Source of the DNA: Myxococcota bacterium
GTDB lineage: Bacteria > Myxococcota_A > Polyangia > Nannocystales > Nannocystaceae
Direction of reading: 5' to 3'
DNA length: 64,000 nucleotides
NCBI GenBank assembly: GCA_039194325.1
Contig: JBCCWC010000008.1
Span: 64,001 to 128,000, forward strand
Part shown: one piece after another, positions 11,265 through 20,212 of the stretch
Numbering within the stretch: the stretch's first letter is position 1
Layout of the letters: each line of letters begins with the position of its first letter
The notes under the pieces: model-generated
Told to the model about the DNA's origin: nothing
Databases searched by the model: none
The model's input: the letters and a program-made list of their open reading frames with translations, nothing else
Made by a program: the position numbers and the translations under genes

Positions 11265-13076
11265 ATGACTCGCACCACGATCACCTCGCTTCTCCCGGCC
11301 ACCGCCCTGTGGCTCACCGCCGCCTCTGCCTGTGATCGAGCCGACGAGGCTCCAGCGGTGGACGCTCCCAAGACGGTAGCCTTCGCCGACCCTTCGGCCG
11401 CGACGACCCCCACCGACGATCGGGGCCATCGAGGAGACACCAAGGCGGAGTACAAGCGCAGCCTGAGCCTGGCAGACGAAGAAGAAGCCCCGATGGCCGC
11501 GCCCGCCCAGCCCGCTCCTTCGCGCAAGCGAGCCTCTCGGCGCCGCGGCGGCAAGCGTAGCTCGGGTGCCCGCCCAAGGCTCCAGCGCGTGGCGCCCCAG
11601 GGGATCGGGACCAAGGGCAAGCCAGGAGCCCTGCCCCCGGCCCCCGAGGCGAGCGCCGAGGCCTACGATCACATCGCCGAGAACGACTTCGTGGCGGTGG
11701 CCGACGATCCCCGCTCTACGTTTTCGATCGATGTGGACACCGCCTCGTACAGCAACATGCGGCGCTTCCTCAGCGACGGCACGATGCCCCCGCCCGACTC
11801 GGTGCGGATCGAGGAGATGATCAACTACTTCTCGTACGACTACCGCAGCCCGGCCGGCGGCGACCCCTTCTCGATGACGGCCGAGGTCGGCACGTGCCCC
11901 TGGAACGAGACCCACCGCCTGGTCCACGTGGGGCTGCAGGGCAAGATCATCGACCAGAGCGAGGTCCCAGCCCGCAACCTGGTGTTCCTGTTCGACGTGT
12001 CGGGCTCGATGAACAACGCCGACAAGCTGCCGCTGCTCAAGCGGGCCTTCTCGCTGCTGGCCGACAACCTCCGCCCCAAGGACAAGGTCTCCATCGTGGT
12101 CTATGCCGGAGCCTCGGGCGTGGTGCTGCCGCCCACCTCGGGCACCGACAAGGGGGAGATCCTGGCCGCGCTCGACCGGCTCGAGGCCGGAGGCTCCACC
12201 AACGGCGGCGCGGGGATCCACTCCGCCTACGCCATGGCTCAAAAGGGCTTCATCCAGGGAGGCATCAACCGGGTGATCCTGGCCACCGACGGCGACTTCA
12301 ACGTGGGCACCACCTCCGAGGGGGATCTGGTCCGGCTGATCGAGGACAAGCGCAAGTCGGGGGTGTTCTTGTCGGTGCTCGGCTTCGGCAGCGGCAACCT
12401 CAAAGACTCCACCATGGAGAAGCTGGCCGACAAGGGCAACGGCAACTATGCCTACATCGACAGCATCGCCGAGGCCCGCAAGGTCTTGGTGGAGGAGGCG
12501 GGGGCCACCCTGGTCACCATCGCCAAGGACGTGAAGATCCAGGTGGAGTTCAACCCGGCCGAGGTGGCGAGCTTCCGCCTCGTCGGCTACGAGAACCGCA
12601 AGCTCGCCCACTCGGACTTCAACGACGACACCAAGGACGCAGGCGAGATCGGAGCGGGCCACAGCGTGACTGCGCTCTACGAGGTGGTGCCGGTGGGCGC
12701 TCCCGGGGCCCCCAAGGTCGACGCGCTCAAGTACCAAGGGCGATCCAAGCTGTCGGCCGCGGCCAGCAGCGGCGAGCTGATGACCGTGAAGATCCGCTAC
12801 AAGGAACCGGAGGGCAGCACGAGCCGACTGCTGAGCTTCCCGATCGACGATGCGGATCGCTCGCTGGCCGACACCAGCCGCGACTTCCGGTTCTCGGCCG
12901 CCGTGGCCGGCTTCGGGATGCTGCTGCGTGGCTCCGCCCACAAGGGGGACGCGACATGGACGAGCATCCGCGCCCTGGCCGAGCAGGCCAAGGGATCGGA
13001 TCCCCACGGTCGCCGCGACGAGTTGGTCCGCCTGATCGACAAGGCCACGTCGCTCTCGGGCCGCAGCGAGCGCTAG
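11265..13076 (+). CDS. YfbK-like VWA-domain lipoprotein (DUF3520 type)
   Basis: STFSIDVDTASY, MIDAS motif DVSGSM, GGSTNG, ILATDGDFNVG, GYENRKL, DAGEIGAGH. Lipobox ASAC. Confidence 0.93.
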   Translation: MTRTTITSLLPATALWLTAASACDRADEAPAVDAPKTVAFADPSAATTPTDDRGHRGDTKAEYKRSLSLADEEEAPMAAPAQPAPSRKRASRRRGGKRSSGARPRLQRVAPQGIGTKGKPGALPPAPEASAEAYDHIAENDFVAVADDPRSTFSIDVDTASYSNMRRFLSDGTMPPPDSVRIEEMINYFSYDYRSPAGGDPFSMTAEVGTCPWNETHRLVHVGLQGKIIDQSEVPARNLVFLFDVSGSMNNADKLPLLKRAFSLLADNLRPKDKVSIVVYAGASGVVLPPTSGTDKGEILAALDRLEAGGSTNGGAGIHSAYAMAQKGFIQGGINRVILATDGDFNVGTTSEGDLVRLIEDKRKSGVFLSVLGFGSGNLKDSTMEKLADKGNGNYAYIDSIAEARKVLVEEAGATLVTIAKDVKIQVEFNPAEVASFRLVGYENRKLAHSDFNDDTKDAGEIGAGHSVTALYEVVPVGAPGAPKVDALKYQGRSKLSAAASSGELMTVKIRYKEPEGSTSRLLSFPIDDADRSLADTSRDFRFSAAVAGFGMLLRGSAHKGDATWTSIRALAEQAKGSDPHGRRDELVRLIDKATSLSGRSER

Positions 13077-13100
13077 CGCTGAGCGAGGCGCCACACACGA

Positions 13101-13168
13101 GACTTCATGAGGTCCGGTGCCTGCCTACGGGAGGGCAGGCTGGTCCGAGCGGCCCCACCGAGGGCCGC
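13101..13168 (+). other. cluster of stem-loops in the 3' region of the VWA gene (possible structured RNA)
   Basis: Palindrome GACTTCATGAGGTC, hairpin GCCTGCC/GGCAGGC, hairpin GCGGCCC/GGGCCGC. Confidence 0.4.
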
Positions 13169-13175
13169 ATCGCTG

Positions 13176-13206
13176 GCCCCCGCGCGAGAGCGCGGGGGCA
13201 TTTTTG
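13176..13206 (+). terminator. Rho-independent terminator
   Basis: GCCCCCGCGC-GAGA-GCGCGGGGGC followed by ATTTTTG. Confidence 0.88.
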
Positions 13207-13222
13207 TCGTAGGGCGCACGCC

Positions 13223-13534
13223 CTACGGCCAGCGGCGATCGGCCAATAAGCGGCGGATCAAGGACTGGAGCGCGGCGACATCGAGCGACTTGATCCAGAT
13301 CCGTCGCGGCTCGGTGATCATGATCCCGAGCTGATTACAGACGAGCTCGATGGCCTGCCTCAGGCCCTCTCGTTGGCCCTGTTTGCGGCCCTCCTCGCGG
13401 CTGGCGATCTCGGCAAGCTTGGGTTTGTTGGGCCGGCCGAGCCCAGAGGACGAGCCGGAGTCCGGCGGTGCGAGCATTCGATGGCCGCGAGGAGGCTTGG
13501 CGTTCACGGTCGCGCAATCATAGCGCATGCTCAT
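13223..13534 (-). CDS. small protein resembling the C-terminal domain of Rpn/PD-(D/E)XK proteins
   Basis: REEGRKQGQREGLRQAIELVCNQLGI...LDVAALQSL..RRWP. ATG 13534 overlaps the LysR stop (ATGA). Alternative starts at 13528 and 13477. Confidence 0.6.
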   Translation of the reverse strand: MSMRYDCATVNAKPPRGHRMLAPPDSGSSSGLGRPNKPKLAEIASREEGRKQGQREGLRQAIELVCNQLGIMITEPRRIWIKSLDVAALQSLIRRLLADRRWP

Positions 13535-14466
13535 CGCCCTCGACGCCGCCGGCCGGGGGGCCCCTTGGTCGGCCGGGCCCGTAGGTGCTCTTCGAGGAAA
13601 TCGGCGAAGGCCCGGACCTTGAGCGGCAGGTAGCTGCGCGAGGGATAGAGCAACCAGATCGCGGGCTGGAAATCGGTGGCGGTGACCTCGTAGGTGGTCA
13701 GCAACTCGACGAGCTCGCCTCGGTCGATCTCCTCGGCCACCGCCCATCGGGGCAGCAGCGCCACACCGAGCCCCTGCACGGCACACCGCTGGATCGCCAA
13801 CGCATGATTGAGCACGCAGCGCCCCCGCACCTGGACCTCGACGATCTCCTCCCGGCGACGAAACCGCCACTGGGAGCGCAGGCCGCCCATCGAAAAGAGC
13901 AGGCACTCGTGTCCCTGCAGATCGACGGGACGCCGCGGGCGACCGTGTCGCTGCAGATAGCGGGGCGCCGCGCACACGGCGAAGTCGAAGCCGTCGAGCC
14001 GCCGCGCGACCAGATCGGAGTCGGACAGGCGACCCAGGCGCAGCGCCACGTCGACCCGCTCGGCGACCAGATCGACCATGGCGTCGGTGAGCACCAGCTC
14101 TACGTGGAGCTGGGGGTGACGCTCGAGCAGCGCCGGCAAAAGGGGCAGCAGCACGCGCTGGGCGAAGCTCATCGGTGCGGTCGCCCGCAGCGTCCCGCGG
14201 GGCGCCTCCCCCACATCGACCGCCTGCTGGTGGGCGCGCGACAGCTCGTCCACCAAGGGCTCGACCCGCTCGTAGTAGAGGCTCCCGGCCTCGGTCGGCG
14301 CCAGGCGCCGGGTGGTGCGCTGGAACAGCCGCAGGCCGAGCTCCGCCTCGAGGCCCGCGATCGCCCGCGAGATGGAGGACGGGGCCACGTCGCGGTCGCG
14401 GGCCACGGCCGCGAAGCTCCCCCGCCGCATTACGTCGATGAAGGTCCCCAGGGTCTCGATGTCCAC
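13531..14466 (-). CDS. LysR-family transcriptional regulator (CrgA-like)
   Basis: GSFAAVARDRDVAPSSISRAIAGLEAELGLRLFQRTTR, DLVAERVDVALR, LPLKVRAFADFL. GTG 14466. Confidence 0.95.
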   Translation of the reverse strand: MDIETLGTFIDVMRRGSFAAVARDRDVAPSSISRAIAGLEAELGLRLFQRTTRRLAPTEAGSLYYERVEPLVDELSRAHQQAVDVGEAPRGTLRATAPMSFAQRVLLPLLPALLERHPQLHVELVLTDAMVDLVAERVDVALRLGRLSDSDLVARRLDGFDFAVCAAPRYLQRHGRPRRPVDLQGHECLLFSMGGLRSQWRFRRREEIVEVQVRGRCVLNHALAIQRCAVQGLGVALLPRWAVAEEIDRGELVELLTTYEVTATDFQPAIWLLYPSRSYLPLKVRAFADFLEEHLRARPTKGPPGRRRRGR

Positions 14467-14479
14467 GAGAAGCACGATA

Positions 14480-14529
14480 CGTGCGTTTTTCGCACGAATC
14501 AATTGCGATTGATGCGGTTTCGACATCAA
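14480..14529. promoter_or_regulatory. putative LysR binding sites between divergent genes
   Basis: CGTGCG-TTTTT-CGCACG (contains T-N11-A) at 14480-14496, and TTGATG-N9-CATCAA at 14509-14529. Confidence 0.6.
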
Positions 14530-14574
14530 GCGGAGTCCCTTAGGTTGCTAGAGAGGACGACGCAAAGGACCACA

Positions 14575-14612
14575 GACCATGCACGAGACCATGCACGAGA
14601 CCATGCACGAGA
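14575..14612. repeat. 12-bp tandem repeat GACCATGCACGA x3, giving three in-frame ATGs (MHETMHETMHE)
   Basis: Read directly. Confidence 0.92.
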
Positions 14613-15466
14613 TCGCAATCATCGGACTGGGAGCGATGGGCTCCCGCATGGCCCAACGACTGCGAGCGGCGGAGCACCCGGTGGTGGTGTGCAGCCGGCG
14701 ACGCGAGTCGGCCAAGGCGCTCGAGTCGGCGGGGGCCACCTGGGTGCACACACCTCGGGAGGCTGCCCGGCGGGCCTCGATCGTGATCTCGATGGTCACC
14801 GACGACGAGGCGTCGCGCGCGGTCTGGCTGGACGAGGCCAACGGGGCGCTGGCCGGCCTGCGCAAGGGGTCGATCGCGGTCGAGTCCAGCACGCTGACCT
14901 CGGGCCACGTGCGGACGCTGGCCAACGCGGTGTCCGAGCGGGGCGCGGCCTTCGTGGAGGCGCCAGTGATCGGCTCGCGTCCCCAGGCCGAGGCGGGCCA
15001 GCTGATCTACTTGGTGGGCGGCGAGCCCGAGGTCGTCGAGCGCGTCGAGCCGGTGCTGCGGGCGATGGGGGCCACGCTGCACCGCACCGGGCCAGTGGGG
15101 AGCGCGATGGCCATCAAGCTGGCGGTCAACACCCTGTTCGCGGCCCAGATCGCGGCGTGGGCAGAGGTCATCGGGGTGCTGGACCGCGCGGGGATCGAGG
15201 CGGCGGCGGCGGCCGAGCTGCTGGCCAACACCCCGGTGGCCAGTCCGGCGCTCCGCGGGGCGGCACCCACGATCGTGGCCCGACGCTTCGCGCCGATGTT
15301 TCCGATCGATCTAGTCCACAAGGATCTGCGCTACTTCGTGCAAGCCGCCGCCGAGGTCGGCGCCCGGGTGCCCAACACCACCACGCTCCGCGAGTCCTAC
15401 GCCCAGGCCCAGCGCGAGGGCTACGGGGGCGAGAACATCACGGGCGTCGCTCGAGTGCTCGGCTAG
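14579..15466 (+). CDS. NAD(P)-dependent beta-hydroxyacid dehydrogenase (3-hydroxyisobutyrate / 6-PGDH family)
   Basis: IIGLGAMGSRMA, EAPVIGS, KLAVN, FPIDLVHKDL. Confidence 0.93.
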   Translation: MHETMHETMHEIAIIGLGAMGSRMAQRLRAAEHPVVVCSRRRESAKALESAGATWVHTPREAARRASIVISMVTDDEASRAVWLDEANGALAGLRKGSIAVESSTLTSGHVRTLANAVSERGAAFVEAPVIGSRPQAEAGQLIYLVGGEPEVVERVEPVLRAMGATLHRTGPVGSAMAIKLAVNTLFAAQIAAWAEVIGVLDRAGIEAAAAAELLANTPVASPALRGAAPTIVARRFAPMFPIDLVHKDLRYFVQAAAEVGARVPNTTTLRESYAQAQREGYGGENITGVARVLG

Positions 15467-15546
15467 CGGGCGGCAGGCCCGGACCGGCTCATGCATGGTC
15501 GCCCATACGGCGAGGGCGCTCTACCAGCGTGATAGTCTGCGGCTCG

Positions 15547-16674
15547 ATGGCCAGGGGGAGCAACGCGACCAAGCGCTATATGCGACCACCGCCTCAGTAC
15601 GTGCACGGCTGGTTCTCGCCGCTCCGCTCGTGCGAGGTGGTCGCGGGCAAGATCACCAACTTCACCTTCATGGGCCACGAGCTCATCGCCTTCCGCGACC
15701 CAGCGGGCCAAGTGGCGGTGCTCGATGCTCAGTGCCCCCACTTCGGCGCCCCCCGTGGGGTGGGCGGCCGCGTGGTGGAGGGGTGCGTACGCTGCCCGTT
15801 CCACGGGCTGCACTTCGACCACAACGGGCAGTGCGTCAAGGGGGACTTCGTGGCGAACCCCCGCCACCTGCGGCACGTCAAGTCGACCCCCTGGACAGTG
15901 CGCGAGGTGGCATCGTCGATCTTCATCTGGCACGGGCTGGACCGGCAGCGCCCCGACCAACCGCTGCGCTTCGCCGAGCCGGGGTTCTTCGACGGCTGGA
16001 GCCCCCCGGTGACCAACGCCGGCCGGCGCCTGGCACCGACCAACATCTTCTTTCCCACCGAGAACATCATCGACATCCAGCACTTCTATGCGGTGCACTT
16101 TTGGTCGCTGCTGTCGATCGAGCAGCACCCAGCCGAAGTGGAGGACGGCAGCTTTGTCGCGGTGATGCGCATGCGGTGGACGGCAGGCGCCCAGAGCCCC
16201 CACGCGCTCATCCGCCGCCTGGGGCAGATCTACACGAGCGACTTTCACTTCGACATCCGGATCCTGGGGCCGGGCATGGCGCTGTCGATCTCCACGCTGA
16301 CCCCCGAGCAGGGCAGCCTGGAGCTGATGAACATCATCTTGATCACGCCGGTCAACCCCACCGACTGCCACATTCGGGTGGTGAGCTCGGTCCGGCAGAC
16401 GGTCGACAAGCCGGTCAATCGCTGGGCTCGACGCATGCTGGGGTTCGGCCTCGAAGAGGTGCTCTCGCGGGTGTTCTTGGCGATCGCGACCAAAGACTTC
16501 GACGGCGACGAGATGATCTGGACCCACCGCCGGTTCTTGGCCAACCCCAAGCCGCTCCCCGACGACGGACCGCTCATCGCCTACCGCAAGTGGTGCGAAC
16601 GCTTCTGGCCGCCCGACTACCTGCCCGATCCGCCGGCGCCGTCGCGTCAGGCGCCGCAGCCCGCGAAGGTCTAG
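15547..16674 (+). CDS. Rieske [2Fe-2S] oxygenase (KshA / sterol 7-desaturase-like)
   Basis: CPH...CPFHG Rieske motif, ENIIDIQHFYAVH mononuclear Fe site, C-terminal DEMIW..DDGPLIAYRKW. Confidence 0.88.
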   Translation: MARGSNATKRYMRPPPQYVHGWFSPLRSCEVVAGKITNFTFMGHELIAFRDPAGQVAVLDAQCPHFGAPRGVGGRVVEGCVRCPFHGLHFDHNGQCVKGDFVANPRHLRHVKSTPWTVREVASSIFIWHGLDRQRPDQPLRFAEPGFFDGWSPPVTNAGRRLAPTNIFFPTENIIDIQHFYAVHFWSLLSIEQHPAEVEDGSFVAVMRMRWTAGAQSPHALIRRLGQIYTSDFHFDIRILGPGMALSISTLTPEQGSLELMNIILITPVNPTDCHIRVVSSVRQTVDKPVNRWARRMLGFGLEEVLSRVFLAIATKDFDGDEMIWTHRRFLANPKPLPDDGPLIAYRKWCERFWPPDYLPDPPAPSRQAPQPAKV

Positions 16675-16738
16675 CCGCCCCCAGATAGGGCCACAACGCG
16701 GATCTCATTCATCGTCGAGCCAGGGGCTCCAACGGGGC

Positions 16739-17203
16739 TCAGGGCTGCCAAAGTCCGTGCTCCACACCGCCCTGGATCACGATTGCGAACCAGCCGTGCT
16801 TGCCCTGCTGGGTTGGAGGATAGGCGATCGTGGCCCCGCGTTCCTCGGCCGCCTTGGCAGCCGCGTGGATGTCTTCGACCGTCACGTACGCCCGCACCAC
16901 GGGCTTTTCGTGGTCGGCCAGCGGTGCCCGGATCCCCACGAGGGTACCGTCGGTTTTCTTGGCGACCCGAGCCTGCCCCAGGTCGGGCTCGACTGGCCCA
17001 AAGGTCAGCCCATGCATGCGCTCGTACAGGGCGCACGCCGAATCGACGTCTTGTGTCACGATCTCGAGATACCCAACCGTCACTTCGTCCTCCTGCGGTG
17101 TGCGGTCGCCCGCTGCTTGCGGTGCGGTCGCGGCTCCGCAGCCCATGGTCGAGCCCAATGCACTCACCAAGACGAACGCGCCAAGCACTGCAACTCGCAC
17201 CAT
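16739..17203 (-). CDS. VOC/glyoxalase-family protein
   Basis: YLEIVTQDVD, YVTVEDI..A..A..RGA, GWFAIVIQGGVEHGLWQ. Lipoprotein-like N-terminus. Confidence 0.85.
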   Translation of the reverse strand: MVRVAVLGAFVLVSALGSTMGCGAATAPQAAGDRTPQEDEVTVGYLEIVTQDVDSACALYERMHGLTFGPVEPDLGQARVAKKTDGTLVGIRAPLADHEKPVVRAYVTVEDIHAAAKAAEERGATIAYPPTQQGKHGWFAIVIQGGVEHGLWQP

Positions 17204-17287
17204 GGATCGCCGGGCACTTTACTACGTCCGATGCCGACGACAAAAGGCCCGCTTGCACCGTGCTGGTGGAATAACGCGTCCCAGCGG

Positions 17288-18550
17288 TCAGCGATCGTCG
17301 GGGCCCAGACAAGCGCGCTGGCGCCATGCGGGTGCATCGATTTGGAACAGCGGGGCCTGAGGGTCCCGTAAAGCGGACTCCAGGGCGGCTGCCCGGCGCT
17401 GGTGCTGGTATCCTTGCGCGAGCACCTCGGGTAGGCACGAGGGGCCTATGGGACGGCCCACCAAGTAGCGTTGGCCGTGGGTGAAGCGCTCGGCGTGCTT
17501 CGACCACCAGTCCCGCACTCGCTCGACGTCGGGCCACTCAAGATCTTCGTGTGCTGGCAACTCGACCTCTTCGTCATCGGGATCGTCGGTTGGGCCGGAC
17601 TCGGCCCCGGCCGGGCTATTGCCCACGAGGCCGTCGCGATCGTGGTCGGCTCCGGTGATCATGCAAAATGCCATGAAGGCGGCTTTGCCCTGTTCGGGAT
17701 CTTCCATGTCCTGCATGAGCTGCGGGACGGCCCGCGGATCGCCGACTGCCGCCGTGGCGACGTGGCGCGCGGAGGGCTCGGTGAAGCGCTCGACGAGCGC
17801 GTGGGGCGGGGGGCCGGAGCGGGGGGCATTCAAGTTCGCCCGGACGGCGAAGTCGACCCACGCGTCCTCGGCCAGCTCGTCGTGCCGCAGCAACAGCTCG
17901 AGCAGCCGCCTCTCAGCGCCCGGAAGGCCCAAGAGCACCGCGGCGGCCAGGCTCAGACGCGTGATGACGTCGTTGCGCTCGGCGGTGGCTTGGCACAGGT
18001 GGACGACCTGGGGCTTATAGTCATGGCGCCGAAATGCGCCCACCGAGCATAGGGCCGGGCCGAGCAGCAACGGGTCGGACGAGGGAAACACGCGCTGGTA
18101 CGCGAGCTCGTAGACTCGCCCGTGGCCACTGGCCGCGACCAGCCCCGCGCCGACGAGCGCCGGCTCGTCTCGGCGCAACAGAGCCTCAATAACGGGCTGG
18201 ATCTGGGTCCACGGTCGCCACGTCGCCATACCGCCGATCCCATCGCGGACCACCTCGGCATCCATCCCGCTCTCGAGTAGCTCCAACGATGCGGCGATCG
18301 GGTCGTCGTGTACGAAGCCGAACGAAAAGGCGTCCTCGGCGTACTCGAAGCTCAGCTCATCCCTGGCCAGCGGTAGGGCGGCACAGCCGGCCGCGAGCAG
18401 GCCGTCGACGTGCGCGTCGACCCGCTCGTCGAGCTGCTCGAGATCTCCCAGGTCGTAGTTTCGCGACCGCGCGGCCTGGCACCGTCGAGCCCACAGGTAT
18501 CCCGCCTGCTCGATGTGCTGCGAGACAACCGATGGGATGATCTGTGCCAT
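17288..18550 (-). CDS. TIGR02270-family protein (T6SS-associated HEAT-like)
   Basis: QHIEQAGYLWARR..LEQLDERVDAHVDGL, LEWPD..WW, RYLVG, QHQRRAAALE. Confidence 0.85.
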   Translation of the reverse strand: MAQIIPSVVSQHIEQAGYLWARRCQAARSRNYDLGDLEQLDERVDAHVDGLLAAGCAALPLARDELSFEYAEDAFSFGFVHDDPIAASLELLESGMDAEVVRDGIGGMATWRPWTQIQPVIEALLRRDEPALVGAGLVAASGHGRVYELAYQRVFPSSDPLLLGPALCSVGAFRRHDYKPQVVHLCQATAERNDVITRLSLAAAVLLGLPGAERRLLELLLRHDELAEDAWVDFAVRANLNAPRSGPPPHALVERFTEPSARHVATAAVGDPRAVPQLMQDMEDPEQGKAAFMAFCMITGADHDRDGLVGNSPAGAESGPTDDPDDEEVELPAHEDLEWPDVERVRDWWSKHAERFTHGQRYLVGRPIGPSCLPEVLAQGYQHQRRAAALESALRDPQAPLFQIDAPAWRQRACLGPDDR

Positions 18551-19278
18551 CAGGCCGCTCCCAGCAACAACCGCTGCAACCTTTCCCAGGCCGGGTAGGG
18601 ATCGGACTCGCCCGAATCGTAGTCGAGCACTTTGGCCGGCAGCAGCTCCTGAGCGCCGGGCAGGGGGCGGCCGCGGACCTCGCGCTCTACCTCTTTGGCC
18701 AAGATGTGATCGAAGTGTTCCTCGCTGAGATAGCGCCGTGCCTGCAGACGCCCGATCCGGCTGGAGTAGTCGTTGCCATAGGTGATGTAGTCCTCGCTCA
18801 GCACCACCTCACGCGCCAGCAGCTCCCCCGACACGAGCACGTTCTTTGCCGATAGCCGACCACCGACGCCCACCATGGAGTAGTATGCCCGATCTTCGAC
18901 AAGGTTGCCCGTGATCTCCAGATCACCCGTAACGACGACGATGGCATTGTCCGGCAGCCGTAGATTTCCAGCGACGCGGACATTACCGGCCAAGTAGCGC
19001 ACCTCTTCGTCCTCCAGCGGGTCTCCGAACTCGCACGCTCGTTGGGCGGGCCAGGCCCTCGCGACGAGCCAAAGAGCGCCATAGCGATACGCCTCGCTCA
19101 TACCCTGCAAGGTCTCGCCAAACAGGTCTTCGGGATCTCCCGATGATCCGCCGAGGTAGCCATGCAGCACCTCGATCTCAGCGCCAGAAAAGAGCGGATC
19201 GCGCTCGAGCTCTTGGCCCTGGGAGTCCATCACCGCGAGCAGGGCCGACATGTCCAGCGGCTCAGTCATCGTCGACAT
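18550..19278 (-). CDS. hypothetical beta-helix (bactofilin-like) protein, candidate immunity
   Basis: GNVRVAGNL..VVTGDLEITGNL..VGGRLSAKN repeats. Overlaps both neighbouring genes. Confidence 0.65.
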   Translation of the reverse strand: MSTMTEPLDMSALLAVMDSQGQELERDPLFSGAEIEVLHGYLGGSSGDPEDLFGETLQGMSEAYRYGALWLVARAWPAQRACEFGDPLEDEEVRYLAGNVRVAGNLRLPDNAIVVVTGDLEITGNLVEDRAYYSMVGVGGRLSAKNVLVSGELLAREVVLSEDYITYGNDYSSRIGRLQARRYLSEEHFDHILAKEVEREVRGRPLPGAQELLPAKVLDYDSGESDPYPAWERLQRLLLGAA

Positions 19279-20203
19279 CTCGCTCCCCTTGGCTCGAGGG
19301 GAAGGAGATAACCTCCCAATTCTTGGAGTCGAACCGGTAGACGGTGGGTGTCATGGTCGTGATCCATAGCTCTTGCTCGCTGGCCGACATTTTGTAGTAG
19401 GTTCTCGGGCACTCTGCGTCGATCTCGGGCTCGACGGGCATCAGCTGGTCTTGATCGAGACGCCACAGCCCCCCGCTGGAGCACACGTAAAGAGCTCCCG
19501 CAAACCATGCCATGGAGTAGAGCAGCTCCTCGGACTGCTCCAGCCCCAGGTATTGCCACCCAGCGCGCCGATTGCCACGAAAGAGGTTGCCGTTGGCGCC
19601 GCAGAGGTAGACTTCATCGCGTGAGCGGCACATCACCCGATAGAGCACGGTGTCGGTGGGTGGCTCGAGCAGCGCCCAGCGCCGACCGTCGAAGTGAGCG
19701 ATGGCCCCGTTCCAGCCAACGCAGTAGACGTCGTCGAAGGCGCTACCGTCGATGTCGCAGAAGCTGCGCTCGACGAGCCCCTCGGGCGAGTCTTGGAAGA
19801 TCCCTTGGTCGTAGTGCTGCCACCCCTTGTCGGTACGCACAAACACCGAGTGCTGGCCTCCACAGGCGAGCAGGCGCCCTCCCAGGCGGCGCATGGAGTG
19901 GACGAAGCCATTGAACGCGATGGGAAGGTCTTCGTCGGCCAGCCCCGAGTCGTCGAAACGCCACGCGGTGCCGTAGCGATCGAGGATCCAGACCGCCCGC
20001 TGGGGGTGGGTTTCGAAGCGCAGGCAGTGCGCAATGCCGGGGAGGTCATCGATGATGTACCACTCTCCGTTGTCGTACTTGAGGGCCCGCGTGACCTTCT
20101 CGTCAGTCTGATCGAGCACGTAGAAATGGGCGGTCAAGAACGCCACCCCGGGCTCGGCCGCCGCGACCTCGGCGAAGTAGAAGGGGGACTCGAGCGTCTC
20201 CAT
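19262..20203 (-). CDS. beta-propeller protein, candidate immunity
   Basis: Repeats DIDGSAFDDVYCVGWNGAIAHFDGRRW and DEVYLCGANGNLF. Lies directly after the toxin gene. No signal peptide. Confidence 0.7.
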   Translation of the reverse strand: METLESPFYFAEVAAAEPGVAFLTAHFYVLDQTDEKVTRALKYDNGEWYIIDDLPGIAHCLRFETHPQRAVWILDRYGTAWRFDDSGLADEDLPIAFNGFVHSMRRLGGRLLACGGQHSVFVRTDKGWQHYDQGIFQDSPEGLVERSFCDIDGSAFDDVYCVGWNGAIAHFDGRRWALLEPPTDTVLYRVMCRSRDEVYLCGANGNLFRGNRRAGWQYLGLEQSEELLYSMAWFAGALYVCSSGGLWRLDQDQLMPVEPEIDAECPRTYYKMSASEQELWITTMTPTVYRFDSKNWEVISFPSSQGERDVDDD

Positions 20204-20212
20204 GGGACGGCC

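Noticed and set aside
13105..13120. GAGGTCCGG resembling SRP RNA or retron msr words
   Set aside because: The match is too short. There is no SRP GGAAG..AGCAG loop, no long msd stem and no RT gene.
13585..16674. 1029-aa plus-strand ORF
   Set aside because: Chance open frame across the LysR antisense strand and an alternative dehydrogenase frame. Only 15547-16674 (Rieske) is protein-like.
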